A stretch of 64,000 nt of DNA. Source: a virus. A model generated the notes under the pieces. It had not been told where the DNA came from. It did no database searches and saw nothing but the letters and a program-made list of their open reading frames with translations. The DNA lies in the IMG/VR virus record IMGVR_UViG_3300010367_000050, positions 16,509 through 80,508 of that record; one strand, written 5' to 3'. Positions 29,086 through 39,537 of this stretch are shown one piece after another (within the stretch, counting starts at the first letter, position 1; each line of letters starts with the position of its first letter). Both the position numbers and the translations under genes were made by a program.

Positions 29086-30363
29086 CTAGTCGTGGATGGA
29101 AGCCACACTTGCCGTCACACGACGAGCTTCCAGCTTGGTCTGCTTTGCGGGCTCGGTCACTTCCTGCTTGGACGAACGACGGGAAAGTTCCGTTGCGCCG
29201 CACTTGGTGCAGGACAGAGGAGCAATGGTGTTTGCGCGCTCCGTGTACGAGGTGATGAAGCTCTGGGCTACTTCCAGGGACGCCGTATTGAGCATGGTGC
29301 GCATGGCATCGCTGGCCTTGTCGCCTTCGACCAGATTGTACAGACGCAGGGCTTCGGTGCGACGGTCTTTGACGATGAGCTCCAGGGAGTCCTTGGAAAC
29401 CTTGAGGCCGTCAACTTCCGTCTTCAGGGTGGTGTTCTCGGTTGAGAGCGTGGTGACCTTGGCAGTCTCGGCTGCGAGTTCCGCCGTCTTGGTCTCAGCC
29501 TGAGTCTTGAACGTATCACGTTCCGTGGTCAGAGTCACGATATTGGCGTTGGCGGTTGAAATCTGAGTATTGAAGTTGGCAATCGCGGCGAATACTTCTT
29601 CGTCGCTGGGTGCTTCCTTCTCAAGCTTCAGAACGGCAGCGAGTTTCTTGATATCCAAGGTTTCCTCCAGGGATTGTGAATTGGATGTAGTGCCTGGAAC
29701 AGTGATGGACCCATCTTGACCAATCTGCTTGGCGTACGGGTCTGCTCCCTGCCACACAACACTGTATTCATATGTACGAGTAATCTTGGTGACCAAAGCC
29801 TGTACCATACGGCCATCGACAGTGGAGCCAAGTTTCCACGCAAACTCTTCATCCTTCATCTTTGGATGAGATTTTACGTAGTCGAACTCAATTGTTACAG
29901 AGCCTGAGTTCAGTGCGCCTGAGACCAACCCCCGAGCTACCTTGGGGTCAGCCTTAGAATCAACCTTGAGCATGAAGTTCACACCGTGAGGAACGCCGGG
30001 TGTCTTCTCATCCCAGTAAGCGTCCTGCGTGGTGCCAATCCAGTTATCCACGTTCATGTCGTGGTTCTTGAGGATAACCAGGCTGTTGAACATTCCAACA
30101 GCGTCCTTCAGAGCCTGTCCGTTGTTGTAGCTAAAGTCAATTGCTCCATCACGAACAGTGGTAGCTGACAGCGCACGAAACGGAACAAGGATGTAATCTT
30201 CAGGCTTGACTGTTAGGAAGTCACGAAGCTCAGCCTCACTCATGGAGGAGAAGTCCTGGCTCAGGGACTCCGACAAATGAGCCTTCAAACCCTCAGAGCC
30301 CAGAGGCAGCAGGCTACCGCTCACCTGCATCCTGCCGCGTCCATCTTGTAGACGGATTTTCAT
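29086..30363 (-). CDS. Prohead protease fused to coiled-coil scaffold
   Basis: LKNHD...IG, LNSGSV, YEYSVVWQGADP; C-terminal coiled coil and CTKCG. Confidence 0.85.
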   Translation of the reverse strand: MKIRLQDGRGRMQVSGSLLPLGSEGLKAHLSESLSQDFSSMSEAELRDFLTVKPEDYILVPFRALSATTVRDGAIDFSYNNGQALKDAVGMFNSLVILKNHDMNVDNWIGTTQDAYWDEKTPGVPHGVNFMLKVDSKADPKVARGLVSGALNSGSVTIEFDYVKSHPKMKDEEFAWKLGSTVDGRMVQALVTKITRTYEYSVVWQGADPYAKQIGQDGSITVPGTTSNSQSLEETLDIKKLAAVLKLEKEAPSDEEVFAAIANFNTQISTANANIVTLTTERDTFKTQAETKTAELAAETAKVTTLSTENTTLKTEVDGLKVSKDSLELIVKDRRTEALRLYNLVEGDKASDAMRTMLNTASLEVAQSFITSYTERANTIAPLSCTKCGATELSRRSSKQEVTEPAKQTKLEARRVTASVASIHD

Positions 30364-30503
30364 TTTTCCTTGGTCTCCTTGCCCTTGTCCTTCTTTTCTT
30401 CAGGGGTGAACACCTTATCGGGGTTGTGACGCATGGCCTCACGACCAATAACGCCTGCCTCGTTGGAGCCCACTGTGATCTTCATTGAATTGATCTTTCC
30501 CAT
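30360..30503 (-). CDS. Small basic protein (47 aa)
   Basis: Hand translation MGKINSMKITVGSNEAGVIGREAMRHNPDKVF...; GAGGTG SD; stop overlaps the protease ATG. Confidence 0.65.
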   Translation of the reverse strand: MGKINSMKITVGSNEAGVIGREAMRHNPDKVFTPEEKKDKGKETKEK

Positions 30504-30550
30504 AATCACCTCACTGTTAGATTGAAAGTTGAAACTAGGCCCTCAAACCA

Positions 30551-31399
30551 TCATTCAACAGAGTACGCCGGTGTTTCATTTTCAGCATAAAAATCCTTGA
30601 ATACTGTACGGTGGCGGCACTCCGGGTGGAATGGGGGCACTTCATAACCGAGGGCTTGTAACTCTGCGTCAGAGGAGTTTTGCAAGTCTTCATAACTGAT
30701 CTTGCCTTTCAAGAACGGCATGAATGATTCATAGTCCTGGCTTTGGGTCAGAGAGTCCAACCGCGACAATGACGACGATAACGTGAATACACGTCCAATC
30801 ATGTTACGGCAAAACTCACAGGTCTTCAGATCGTCAGGGCCAGCAATCTCAAACGTCTGAACATGGGCTTGGCGCATGTTGTTTAGCTGACCAAACACCC
30901 TGGACCTCGACACGGTTGTGTTCACGATCTGACGAATCTTGGCTCTGTCATTGCCTAGTAGGTCTCCAAAAGTGGAGATGAATGCGTCCATCTCCTTACG
31001 GTCAGTTGCGATCGATCTACCGTTTTCAATAAATGCCTTCCGTATGTAATCCATCACCTTGGTCTTCAACTCTTCGCTTTCAACGTACTTGGCAATATAG
31101 CTCTGAGAAGCGAGGTCTAGGAACTTGATGGCACGATAGTCAGGGAGACGCAGAAACGAGCGAGGCAATTGTGAATCAGAGGCCACCAAAGCCCTGTAAA
31201 TCTCCGAAGTCTGTGACGCTATCATGTTCTTGAACCGGCGAGAGTTCAACTTGATGCCGTATTCCTGGGTCAAAATGGAGTACAAGCTATTGGATATCTG
31301 CGTAAGGTCAGCCGGATTGAGCTCAGCTGAGCCAAGATAGTGTATGATTCTATCAAAGGCCGAGGCTTCGGCGTCATCGAGTTGTGCCAGAATTATGCT
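30551..31399 (-). CDS. Head morphogenesis domain (Mu gpF/SPP1 gp7-like), probably expressed fused to the portal
   Basis: IVNTTVSR, DLKTCEFC, PPFHPECR; frame is open 38 codons upstream of the TTG at 31285, back to the portal stop; no SD at that TTG. Confidence 0.85.
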   Translation of the reverse strand, partial: SIILAQLDDAEASAFDRIIHYLGSAELNPADLTQISNSLYSILTQEYGIKLNSRRFKNMIASQTSEIYRALVASDSQLPRSFLRLPDYRAIKFLDLASQSYIAKYVESEELKTKVMDYIRKAFIENGRSIATDRKEMDAFISTFGDLLGNDRAKIRQIVNTTVSRSRVFGQLNNMRQAHVQTFEIAGPDDLKTCEFCRNMIGRVFTLSSSLSRLDSLTQSQDYESFMPFLKGKISYEDLQNSSDAELQALGYEVPPFHPECRHRTVFKDFYAENETPAYSVE

Positions 31400-32990
31400 A
31401 AAGATACCTCCGATATTTGGATTTTAGTTCGTCTTCCTGTTTGGACAGAGACACAGGCGGCATTCCAGCATCCGTGCGAAGCGTGTTGAGTACCTCAATA
31501 GGAGTGTCCCGCTTGAAGTAGTATTGCTTCATCTCCTTGTTGTAGGCGAACTGAACAGACGCTTGTTCCTTGGGCTGCTTTTTCTTGGGGTTCTTTGGGG
31601 TGTTGTCTGTCTTTCCACCGGTACTCGGGCGTTGATCCAGGTTCTTGTCTTGAGCATTCGGGTCCACACGGGGTTCAGCTTGGTCAGGCACAGCATAACC
31701 AAGTCTGTTTGCCTTCTCCGTCTGGTCAATGACGCCACCGTTGTACAGAGCTTCGGCGTTGGCGATGTCGATCATCTCAGCCTGAGCCTTCTGAAGGTTA
31801 CTCAAGGCCTGTGATTCGTTGAAGCCTACGCAAACTTGCGCTGTGATGCCAGCCATTAGCAAGTCCAAGCCCCATCCAAAGTCCAAGCTCTTACCCACTA
31901 GTCTCTGATAGTTGGTAAGCTGAGACACCATCTTGGAGTGCACCACGCTGGCATATGTTTCTGTAGTGCTGTACGTTCTGCCGTGCATGGCGGGGTCTGC
32001 CATGATCGCAGAGAACAGCTGTTCCTCGTTCATCTTGAACAGATCGTTGATGCCGCGCACGTCACTAGTGACACTCTTCACGTCGAACTCAAACGCACCC
32101 TGAAACCCAGCGGCGATGCCGTCTCCAAAGGAAGTCTTCAGGTTATCTGTAACCTGGTTCAAATAGGCCAAGCAGCGAGCAGTGTATCTGTCCTGATTCT
32201 CACCGGGGTTCTGTTTTGGAGGAGTGACCTTGTAAGTCATCAGACCCATGATACCAACCTTCTTGATAACCTTGTTGATGTTACGAAGCATCGCCTGCTG
32301 TAGAGCTACCGGCTGGAGAGCAGCAATGAATGGAGGAACAGCGTATGGGCTGTCTTCGATAGTCTCAGCGTTGGCGTAGAAGTAGGTCTTGAGGTTGAGC
32401 TTTACAGCGTTGCGGTAGTTATCCAAGGCCAAGACAGTGTTACGGGGAACCTGCACGGGATAATATCCCATACCGTCCTGCCTAGGTACCCACCGAATGT
32501 CTCGCACGGGTACAAAGAACACTTTGTCAATACCAGATAGATTGTTGGTAGGCACCCACTCAGTGGAGATAGCTCCCATGCGAGCGACCTGAGCAAAGAT
32601 ACCGTTGATCAGTCCGTCTGGGCCTCCGCCAAACGGATACATGACGTCAGCGCGGTCGCGGATACGCTGTACCGCAGCTTCGATCACTGTGTCACTCTCG
32701 CCCTTGACGCTCAACAGATGACCCGTGTTCCCTAGTTGCACGATGTGACCCACAGCCTGCCGGATATCGGGATTGATCAGGCTGAGATTGGCGATGGCTT
32801 CATAGATAGCGATAGGCCACTTGCGGGGCAGAGTGAAGTCATACTCACCCTTCAACTCTGAGATTAGCAGTCCAGGGTCATCAGGTGCCGATACGCGAGT
32901 GACAGGCAGTCCACTAACGTCCGTTGTCTGCGTCACTGACTTCGTTGTATTTTTGGCTCGAAGCCCTGTTATCCAATCTCGAAATCCCAT
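31398..32990 (-). CDS. Portal protein
   Basis: 530 aa directly after the large terminase; SPYAVPP, STTETYASV; typical size and position. Confidence 0.85.
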   Translation of the reverse strand: MGFRDWITGLRAKNTTKSVTQTTDVSGLPVTRVSAPDDPGLLISELKGEYDFTLPRKWPIAIYEAIANLSLINPDIRQAVGHIVQLGNTGHLLSVKGESDTVIEAAVQRIRDRADVMYPFGGGPDGLINGIFAQVARMGAISTEWVPTNNLSGIDKVFFVPVRDIRWVPRQDGMGYYPVQVPRNTVLALDNYRNAVKLNLKTYFYANAETIEDSPYAVPPFIAALQPVALQQAMLRNINKVIKKVGIMGLMTYKVTPPKQNPGENQDRYTARCLAYLNQVTDNLKTSFGDGIAAGFQGAFEFDVKSVTSDVRGINDLFKMNEEQLFSAIMADPAMHGRTYSTTETYASVVHSKMVSQLTNYQRLVGKSLDFGWGLDLLMAGITAQVCVGFNESQALSNLQKAQAEMIDIANAEALYNGGVIDQTEKANRLGYAVPDQAEPRVDPNAQDKNLDQRPSTGGKTDNTPKNPKKKQPKEQASVQFAYNKEMKQYYFKRDTPIEVLNTLRTDAGMPPVSLSKQEDELKSKYRRYL

Positions 32991-33032
32991 CGTTGTCTCC
33001 TAATCTAGTCCATACTGTAAAGGTTCAAGGCA

Positions 33033-34658
33033 CTAACTGAACAATACCGGTAGGTTCACTGAATGCTTGTAGCGGGCTCTTGCTAGCTGTGCTATCAACC
33101 AGGCCAACACCAAGTCGTCGTTGTACCCGTCATTAGCTCTTGGGTTAGGCTTGCGAGTTTCCTGAAAATTGAACACCAACATCTCGTTGAGCAAACGCAA
33201 ACTGTTTATGAGAAGAACTGCTTCAGGAATATGCCCTTTCTGGCGTAATTCCTCATGCTCTCTGATGAGCTCTTCACCTGCTGAGATAAGTACCGGGCGG
33301 TTGGCTGAGGTCGTGGTAAATCCAACAATCAGTGTCTCTTCATTGGTAACCGTTTGAGTGTTCGCCTCTTCATCGATGGTAGCATCTTCCTTGATGTAAG
33401 TGTACAGATTGGGATAGTTCTTGTCAATCATCTTCTGTACAGTTACAAGACCAACACCGTTCCGCTCGATTACAACCTGTCCCCAGTTGTAGTACTTTCC
33501 AATAGCGAACAGATACGACGCAAACACGTTTGGCTTGCAATGAACCCGCATCTCTGCCGCTTGCTCGCCGGTCTCCCACTCCACTACTTGTATAGCATGA
33601 AAATCACTTCCGTCTCCAGTAGCGGAGTCCGCTCCAATGATGTATAGCTTTCCAGGAACAGGCTTCTTGAAGATGTACAGCCCCTCGGCCTTCTTCCCAT
33701 AAAGTCCATCGTAGTCATCAAATCTCTCTGGGGCATACAACACTTTACCAATTTTACGAGTGCGAAGCACCTCAGACCAATCAGATAAAATGGTAGTGTC
33801 GAACACAGGACGGCCAGAGTTCAAAAAGTCGCAGTCAACCTCCTGAGCGCATAGTGCCGGGCCAAGTTCCCGCCTCTGCATAGCATACCACTTCTCATCC
33901 CGCTCAGGGTGCATCTTCCAATGAAGCCTTATGGGATTGAAGTCTGACAGCTTACCTACGGCGTCTCTCCACTTGCCAGCAAACCAATTGCCTAGGCCAT
34001 TAGCTGTAGAGATAGCAATGGCTTGTCCGCCCGTCGACAGAGTGGGAAAAGCCGCACCCCAAATCTTGTCAATCCACCTTACAAAGGCAGCTTCGTCAAT
34101 GATCAGAAGTGATAGACCTTCTGAACGGCCTGCCTCTTCAGAAGTCGGCACAGACATGATTCTGGAGTTGTTCTCGAACACAATTGTACTGGTGTTCCAC
34201 TGCGCTGCGAGAGGGCCTTTTAGCCACAACGGTAAATGACGGTAGGCATACTTGATTTTGTCGAGGAAGCGTTTCGCAGTCTCTTCCTTGATCGAGATGA
34301 TGACCACGGTCTTATCCGCACGAAACATCGCGTACCAGAGAGCAAATAGAGCTACAAGCCAGGATAGTCCCATCTGACGAGGCTTCAACACGATGTTGAA
34401 GACGTGAAGCAGAAACTGCTTCAGAGCAATCCTCTGGAAGGGATACAGCTTCATAGGGATACGGCCCTTGACTGGGTCTTGTATGTAGCAGTAATTATGT
34501 ATGAAATGAATGGGGTTGGCCGCACACCGTAGCCACTCCTCGACCTCTGGACCCTTTGGGTCTCTACCAGGTAGTTCAGAGAATCCCCACGATAACCGCG
34601 TGGAGTCAAACTCTATCTCATATTTTTTGATCTTGATCTTGCCTAGCAGCTTTTTCAC
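33033..34658 (-). CDS. terL: Terminase large subunit
   Basis: LYPFQ, KPRQMGLS (Walker A), LIIDEAAF (Walker B), ISTANG, IGAD, IERNGVG, DDLV. Confidence 0.96.
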   Translation of the reverse strand: MKKLLGKIKIKKYEIEFDSTRLSWGFSELPGRDPKGPEVEEWLRCAANPIHFIHNYCYIQDPVKGRIPMKLYPFQRIALKQFLLHVFNIVLKPRQMGLSWLVALFALWYAMFRADKTVVIISIKEETAKRFLDKIKYAYRHLPLWLKGPLAAQWNTSTIVFENNSRIMSVPTSEEAGRSEGLSLLIIDEAAFVRWIDKIWGAAFPTLSTGGQAIAISTANGLGNWFAGKWRDAVGKLSDFNPIRLHWKMHPERDEKWYAMQRRELGPALCAQEVDCDFLNSGRPVFDTTILSDWSEVLRTRKIGKVLYAPERFDDYDGLYGKKAEGLYIFKKPVPGKLYIIGADSATGDGSDFHAIQVVEWETGEQAAEMRVHCKPNVFASYLFAIGKYYNWGQVVIERNGVGLVTVQKMIDKNYPNLYTYIKEDATIDEEANTQTVTNEETLIVGFTTTSANRPVLISAGEELIREHEELRQKGHIPEAVLLINSLRLLNEMLVFNFQETRKPNPRANDGYNDDLVLAWLIAQLARARYKHSVNLPVLFS

Positions 34659-35575
34659 TGGCCTTTCCTCTCATTGATGCCGATCTGCATAATCTCATCG
34701 TCCTCATCGGTCATCTGTATGGCTTTAGGCACAGCTAAGTCTCCAGCCCTGCGTGCAGACGGCAAAACCCCAGCGAATTCCTTGGATACAAACTCTTGAA
34801 GCATTTTCACCGGCATTACATTGAGATTGTTGTTATTGATGACCAGCGAATGAGCCTTTACAATAGCCTGAAGCTTGGCTCCTGAGCCGGTGATCTTGAA
34901 CAGGTCATCCATGCCCTTTGTGGCTCTGTTGGCCATATCAAGAGCAGCTAAGGCAGCGCTGTACATTGATGCACGGTCTCTTCCTGTTAGAGCATCAATC
35001 TTTACATTTGAGGCTATCTTGCCGTCTTTCCTCATCTGTATGAGCTCTTTAGTCTGAGCGTCAGACCGTTCAATGTCGTTGCGTATAATGTTGAATAACG
35101 CCAACGCCCGGCCTCTGTCCTGAAACCGCATCTCCATCAAGGCAAAAGCCAGAGCAGGCAAATCGCGCTCGTCATTTCCCAAAAAGAATTTGGAGTGCTG
35201 ATCCTTCAATTCCTTGATGTCAATCTGGACGGTCTTCAATGGTACGTTCAAACACTTGGCTAGTTCTGACTCAGTAACCAGAACACCATTATGGGTGTGG
35301 CCGTTCATCATCCAGGCACGAACCTCTTCCCGTCGCATCTGGGTGTGCTCGCCTTTGGCCATTGCCTCGTCACCTGTGATTGCCATTTCACTGTACATGG
35401 CTGCTACATGCTGCTCATGACGTGCCGGGGTCAGACGGGGTTCTCTCACAATCTGTTCGGGAGGTAACACCTGAGCCTGCGGAGCCTCAACGGGCTTCTT
35501 TTTCTTGACTTTCTTAGCCTTTTTGCCAAGGGAATCCACTCCACGCAATGCTACTAGTGCCATACGGTTCTCCAA
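34655..35575 (-). CDS. Terminase small subunit candidate (HTH plus helical region)
   Basis: Overlaps the terL start; ESELAKCLNVPLKTVQIDI HTH. Confidence 0.6.
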   Translation of the reverse strand: MENRMALVALRGVDSLGKKAKKVKKKKPVEAPQAQVLPPEQIVREPRLTPARHEQHVAAMYSEMAITGDEAMAKGEHTQMRREEVRAWMMNGHTHNGVLVTESELAKCLNVPLKTVQIDIKELKDQHSKFFLGNDERDLPALAFALMEMRFQDRGRALALFNIIRNDIERSDAQTKELIQMRKDGKIASNVKIDALTGRDRASMYSAALAALDMANRATKGMDDLFKITGSGAKLQAIVKAHSLVINNNNLNVMPVKMLQEFVSKEFAGVLPSARRAGDLAVPKAIQMTDEDDEIMQIGINERKGQ

Positions 35576-35674
35576 TCGACATTTATGTAGCTATTTGCTA
35601 CAAATGATAAACATTTTCTATTCAAAGGTTTCGTTTCGGACTACTTTAGAGTAGTATTGAATTCGGAGGTTTAC

Positions 35675-35902
35675 ATGGCTCGACCAACTAAAATGACCGG
35701 ATGGTGGAAAGAACTGCTCGAACAACGAGCGAGTGGCCGGGTTGATCTGCTTGCCACCTTGTGCGGGGTTGATGTGCGCAGTGTGCGGAGGTGGAGCCAA
35801 GGTACTAAGCTGCAAGGGGAACACTTGACCAAGCTCCGGAAGGTGGCTGGTAAAGAATTGCTTCAGACTGCCCCAAGTCATATCAGGGGTAACCATGGCT
35901 AA
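35675..35902 (+). CDS. Cro/XRE-like HTH protein
   Basis: GGAGGT SD before ATG 35675; LATLCGVDVRSVRRWSQG. Confidence 0.75.
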   Translation: MARPTKMTGWWKELLEQRASGRVDLLATLCGVDVRSVRRWSQGTKLQGEHLTKLRKVAGKELLQTAPSHIRGNHG

Positions 35903-36476
35903 GGTCACCCCCATTCCAATCTCTTGGATAAACAAGAAGGCCAAGAAGACCTTGATAAAGATGTATGGCAAGCAGAGACTCATGATACAAGCGTTGCCCA
36001 ACATCGTGAGTCCTGATGACTTCCCCCACCAGGCCTGTTTCGATGTGGAATTCATGATAGCTCTGCTCAGCCATGGAGCGTGGATAACCAAGGATTGGAA
36101 ACCGTACGCCAGGTACACCATAGCACAAAGACTCAAGACCAACAAAGAGGCAATATTCGTTGAACCCTTTGACAAGATAGCTGATGACTTCTTGAACTTC
36201 CAGCTATACGGAGGCACATTCCAGGCCGCAGCAGCCCTCCGCAAACAAGCTGTTGCTACCATGAAATCTGGCGGAAGGACAGCAAGACAAATGGCTGCGG
36301 CCAAGTTGATACTGAGTACCATGGATGAGATACAATTCAACACGTTGGTCCAACCCTTTCACTGGATACGACTGGCTAAGGCTGTGGAAGAACAGTGCCC
36401 TGTCTATTCGCTAGCAGCCTACGCCATAGAGAAGCACAAACAGAAGTTGACGCTTGTAAGGCTGTTACAGTCCTAG
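35895..36476 (+). CDS. Hypothetical protein
   Basis: 193 aa coupled to the HTH gene. Confidence 0.7.
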   Translation: MAKVTPIPISWINKKAKKTLIKMYGKQRLMIQALPNIVSPDDFPHQACFDVEFMIALLSHGAWITKDWKPYARYTIAQRLKTNKEAIFVEPFDKIADDFLNFQLYGGTFQAAAALRKQAVATMKSGGRTARQMAAAKLILSTMDEIQFNTLVQPFHWIRLAKAVEEQCPVYSLAAYAIEKHKQKLTLVRLLQS

Positions 36477-37816
36477 CCTTCAGCCATCAACATCTCTTGT
36501 CTCTTGGTCATGACAACCTTTTGAGCTTGTAACAGACTCTTGGTCTCAAACGAGAGCCGTTGCTGTATATCTGTCAATACCACAAGATTCCTGCTGGTGT
36601 TGAACTTGCCAAAGGGCTGCTTGATGTCAGATAGGAACGCAGATACAGTAGCCTTAGCAGCTGATTCTGTGCCTCCGAACCTATCCTTCACCTGCTTGAC
36701 CAAGTCATTCCGGGTGCACTTACCTGTAACAATCAGCGTGTAAATCAAGCTGTTTCTACAGCCCAATTGAAAACCCATGCTATCTGTGTTTCCAAGACGA
36801 CGCCGGGGTGGAGTTTTGCGTTCTCCAAAGGATGGAATGGGTTTCTTCTTGATCTTCTGAGACTCTGCGCTCTCGTATCCAGGTATTTGATCCAAGCTAA
36901 TGCGTTTGGACACAAGCTCCCTGTACTCATGGTCTGTATGAAGCTTGTGTAGGCAGGTCTTATACACTGCCTTGATACCTTCAGGACTAATGTTGTGTTT
37001 CTTGGACAAGGTTGGGCCACAAGTCCAATCTCGGGACAACGCCTTGAGTATCTCCAAGTCCCTGTCGATGGCATCAATCTGATCCACAGACGGCACAGTA
37101 AAGGTCAGTCCACCAAAGAAGTGTATGAGTCTTTCAAATGCCCGTTCTCCAAGCAGTCCACGTAACTCTGGAATCATGGAATGCTTGAACCTGTTGGAGA
37201 ACATCTTGTCGTCCCTGACTGGCTTCACTCCCTTGGAGTACTCCGTGCGGAGAGTCACCAACACATGGTCTAACAGGAATCTGGCGTGCTTTGGGTTGAC
37301 GTCGAAGCCCTGGACCACGGTTTTCAATACTCGTGTGCGGTTACTCTCGAAATCATTGGAACTAAGAACGCCGAATACATATTTTGCAGCCTCCTCTGCA
37401 CCCGGTTCGGTTCTCAGCTTCTTCAAGGTTTTGTCACTAAGTTCCAGCTGAGGTATCTCATGGATGTTAGCCTTGGAGGGTTGGGCTATGGCGTCGAACT
37501 CGTACTCATCAGGGGTCCGCTTGTGATCCAGAGGTCTCAGTTTAGCCTCATACCACAGAGCCCTCTTGATGACTTGAGTGGCATATACGAACAGGTTACC
37601 CTGATTGGGATTGAATTGATCGATAATGTCTCCACACTTGATCAGTGCGATCTGTACCAAGTCATCTTCTGACTGGTTACGCTGGTCATACACAACATTG
37701 TTGCGTGCTATGTTTTGTATGAGTGGGACAAAATGAGGCAGAATAGCCTCTTTCCGCATGCCAATTCCAATCATGCGGGAGACCTTATGTGTATCAAATA
37801 CGTCAGGATGCTTCAT
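36473..37816 (-). CDS. Multi-domain regulator: sigma70 region 2-like + Mor-like + paralogous C-terminal domain
   Basis: PLIQNIA...DDLVQIALI...FNPNQGNLFVYATQVI (sigma r2); RLIHFFGGLTFTVPS...RDLEI...LSKKHNISPEGI (Mor-like). Confidence 0.7.
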   Translation of the reverse strand: MKHPDVFDTHKVSRMIGIGMRKEAILPHFVPLIQNIARNNVVYDQRNQSEDDLVQIALIKCGDIIDQFNPNQGNLFVYATQVIKRALWYEAKLRPLDHKRTPDEYEFDAIAQPSKANIHEIPQLELSDKTLKKLRTEPGAEEAAKYVFGVLSSNDFESNRTRVLKTVVQGFDVNPKHARFLLDHVLVTLRTEYSKGVKPVRDDKMFSNRFKHSMIPELRGLLGERAFERLIHFFGGLTFTVPSVDQIDAIDRDLEILKALSRDWTCGPTLSKKHNISPEGIKAVYKTCLHKLHTDHEYRELVSKRISLDQIPGYESAESQKIKKKPIPSFGERKTPPRRRLGNTDSMGFQLGCRNSLIYTLIVTGKCTRNDLVKQVKDRFGGTESAAKATVSAFLSDIKQPFGKFNTSRNLVVLTDIQQRLSFETKSLLQAQKVVMTKRQEMLMAEG

Positions 37817-37822
37817 GATCGG

Positions 37823-38239
37823 CTACCTCTTCTCAGACGGAACAACCGTGGGATTGCTCGACAAGGCATCCAACTTCTCTTTGGCCCTTGTTCTGAGTGT
37901 GTCGTTCAGCTTCTCTGACTTCTTGAAATGCAGGATAACGCTGGGTTTGCTCAAGTATCGAACGCCCTGCGTGCGGTTGAACCGCATCCTGGGGGCCAAC
38001 TCACGAGCCTCAAACTTTCCAAGACCTTTGAGTTGTACGCTGTAGCCCTCAGCAAGAGCGTCAATCATACCCTCAATCAAAAGACGGGTGGCTCTGGACA
38101 TGGCTACTGATGACACGCCATACCGCTTCGATACCCAACGGGCAAACTGAATGTTAGAGAGGGTGACTTTTCCAGGAAGGATTCGTGTTACAGGCTTATA
38201 CGGATCTGGCACAGGGATTCTCCAATCACCACTAAGCAT
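37823..38239 (-). CDS. HU/IHF-family DNA-binding protein
   Basis: ALAEGYSVQLKGLGKFE...FKKSEKL. Confidence 0.88.
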   Translation of the reverse strand: MLSGDWRIPVPDPYKPVTRILPGKVTLSNIQFARWVSKRYGVSSVAMSRATRLLIEGMIDALAEGYSVQLKGLGKFEARELAPRMRFNRTQGVRYLSKPSVILHFKKSEKLNDTLRTRAKEKLDALSSNPTVVPSEKR

Positions 38240-38320
38240 AGCCGTACTTGCTGAGCGAGTAAATGGAAAAATCCCCTAGCCTACTGGGTTATGATAAATT
38301 GAGTGGGACGAAGAAACCGC

Positions 38321-38887
38321 TCAATTGAGACGGATGCGTTTTACAACAGAGGCGTCACAGTTTTCAATAAACGACTGTAATTGGAACATATGAAGCGTAT
38401 GGTCCACAGTTGACCGATGAAAGGTCAGACTGATCCTGCGAGCCTTCTTGATATCTGTGAACTTATTCAACAACTTGAATGTGCGCTCGTCGATGGCAAC
38501 CAACGTCTGCTTGCGGTTCTCTTTGAACACAAGCAAGGGCAACTTGCCTACTGATTTGGCGTCGTCTTCACACTGTTTCCACCAGTCATACACCGGCGAT
38601 TTGCCGTACAAGCACTGATACAGTTCAACGCAAGCATAAGTCTTGCACTCCACAGAGAAAGGAAACCTGGCATCTGGCGGAGCTACAATATCACCGTGGA
38701 AGTCTCTCGTGGCATCGCTGGCCTTACTGAACCTGGATTGGCCTTGTTTGCCCCAGGCTCCAGATCCAGGTGTACGTCTGAATGTGCATCCAAACCAAGC
38801 TCCAAGGCTCTTGGCTACAACGCGCTCAAATTCTTTCCAATCTTTTGCCACGTCTGTTTGTTCTCCTGTCAACCCTAATAACGTCAC
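38321..38887 (-). CDS. Holliday junction resolvase-like PD-(D/E)XK nuclease
   Basis: FERVVAKSL, RTPGSGA, GDI, SVECK, WWKQ, PLLVFKENR. Confidence 0.85.
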   Translation of the reverse strand: MTLLGLTGEQTDVAKDWKEFERVVAKSLGAWFGCTFRRTPGSGAWGKQGQSRFSKASDATRDFHGDIVAPPDARFPFSVECKTYACVELYQCLYGKSPVYDWWKQCEDDAKSVGKLPLLVFKENRKQTLVAIDERTFKLLNKFTDIKKARRISLTFHRSTVDHTLHMFQLQSFIENCDASVVKRIRLN

Positions 38888-38973
38888 AATCTCCTTAGAA
38901 GTTCTCAGAATGGAGATAAACTCAAAGCTTTCCTTGAATTATAACGTCCGATACTCTAATAGCCGGAGGTAAC

Positions 38974-39537
38974 ATGAATGCTGACGAAATGAAAGCTCTG
39001 CGTAATGCTCGCAGAGAGAAGTGGGACATGAGGTTTCTCCAGATGGCCTGTATGCTAGGCAAATGGAGCAAAGACCGCAGTGATCGCACTCCTGGGGTTG
39101 GGTCCGTTATTGTCGACCGATCTACTCTGCGAGTTGTGTCTGTTGGGTACAACGGGTTTCCGGCAGGGATCAACGATGATATAGCCGGACGGCACGAGCG
39201 TCCAGAGAAATACCAGTGGACCGTTCACGCTGAAGCCAACGCTATTGCCGGAGCAGCACAACTTGGAATTCGCCTGGCTGGAACCTCACTCTACAGTACA
39301 CAAATCCCATGCTCAGGTTGTATGGCTCTGCTTATTCAAGCGGGTATTCAATTTGCCATATTTCCCAATTTCACTGATCTTCCGGAGAAATGGTTACAAG
39401 ACTGTGCTATTTCTATACAAATGGCCCAAGAGGCAGGAGTGATAACAAGAATCTATGAGTCAATCGCGCCAATATCTATTGAGCATCGTCGCCCAACTTC
39501 CGGAACACTTCAGAAAGCTTTGTCGTCACGTAGTTGA
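38974..39537 (+). CDS. dCMP deaminase
   Basis: GYNGFP, HAEANA, PCSGC. Confidence 0.93.
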   Translation: MNADEMKALRNARREKWDMRFLQMACMLGKWSKDRSDRTPGVGSVIVDRSTLRVVSVGYNGFPAGINDDIAGRHERPEKYQWTVHAEANAIAGAAQLGIRLAGTSLYSTQIPCSGCMALLIQAGIQFAIFPNFTDLPEKWLQDCAISIQMAQEAGVITRIYESIAPISIEHRRPTSGTLQKALSSRS

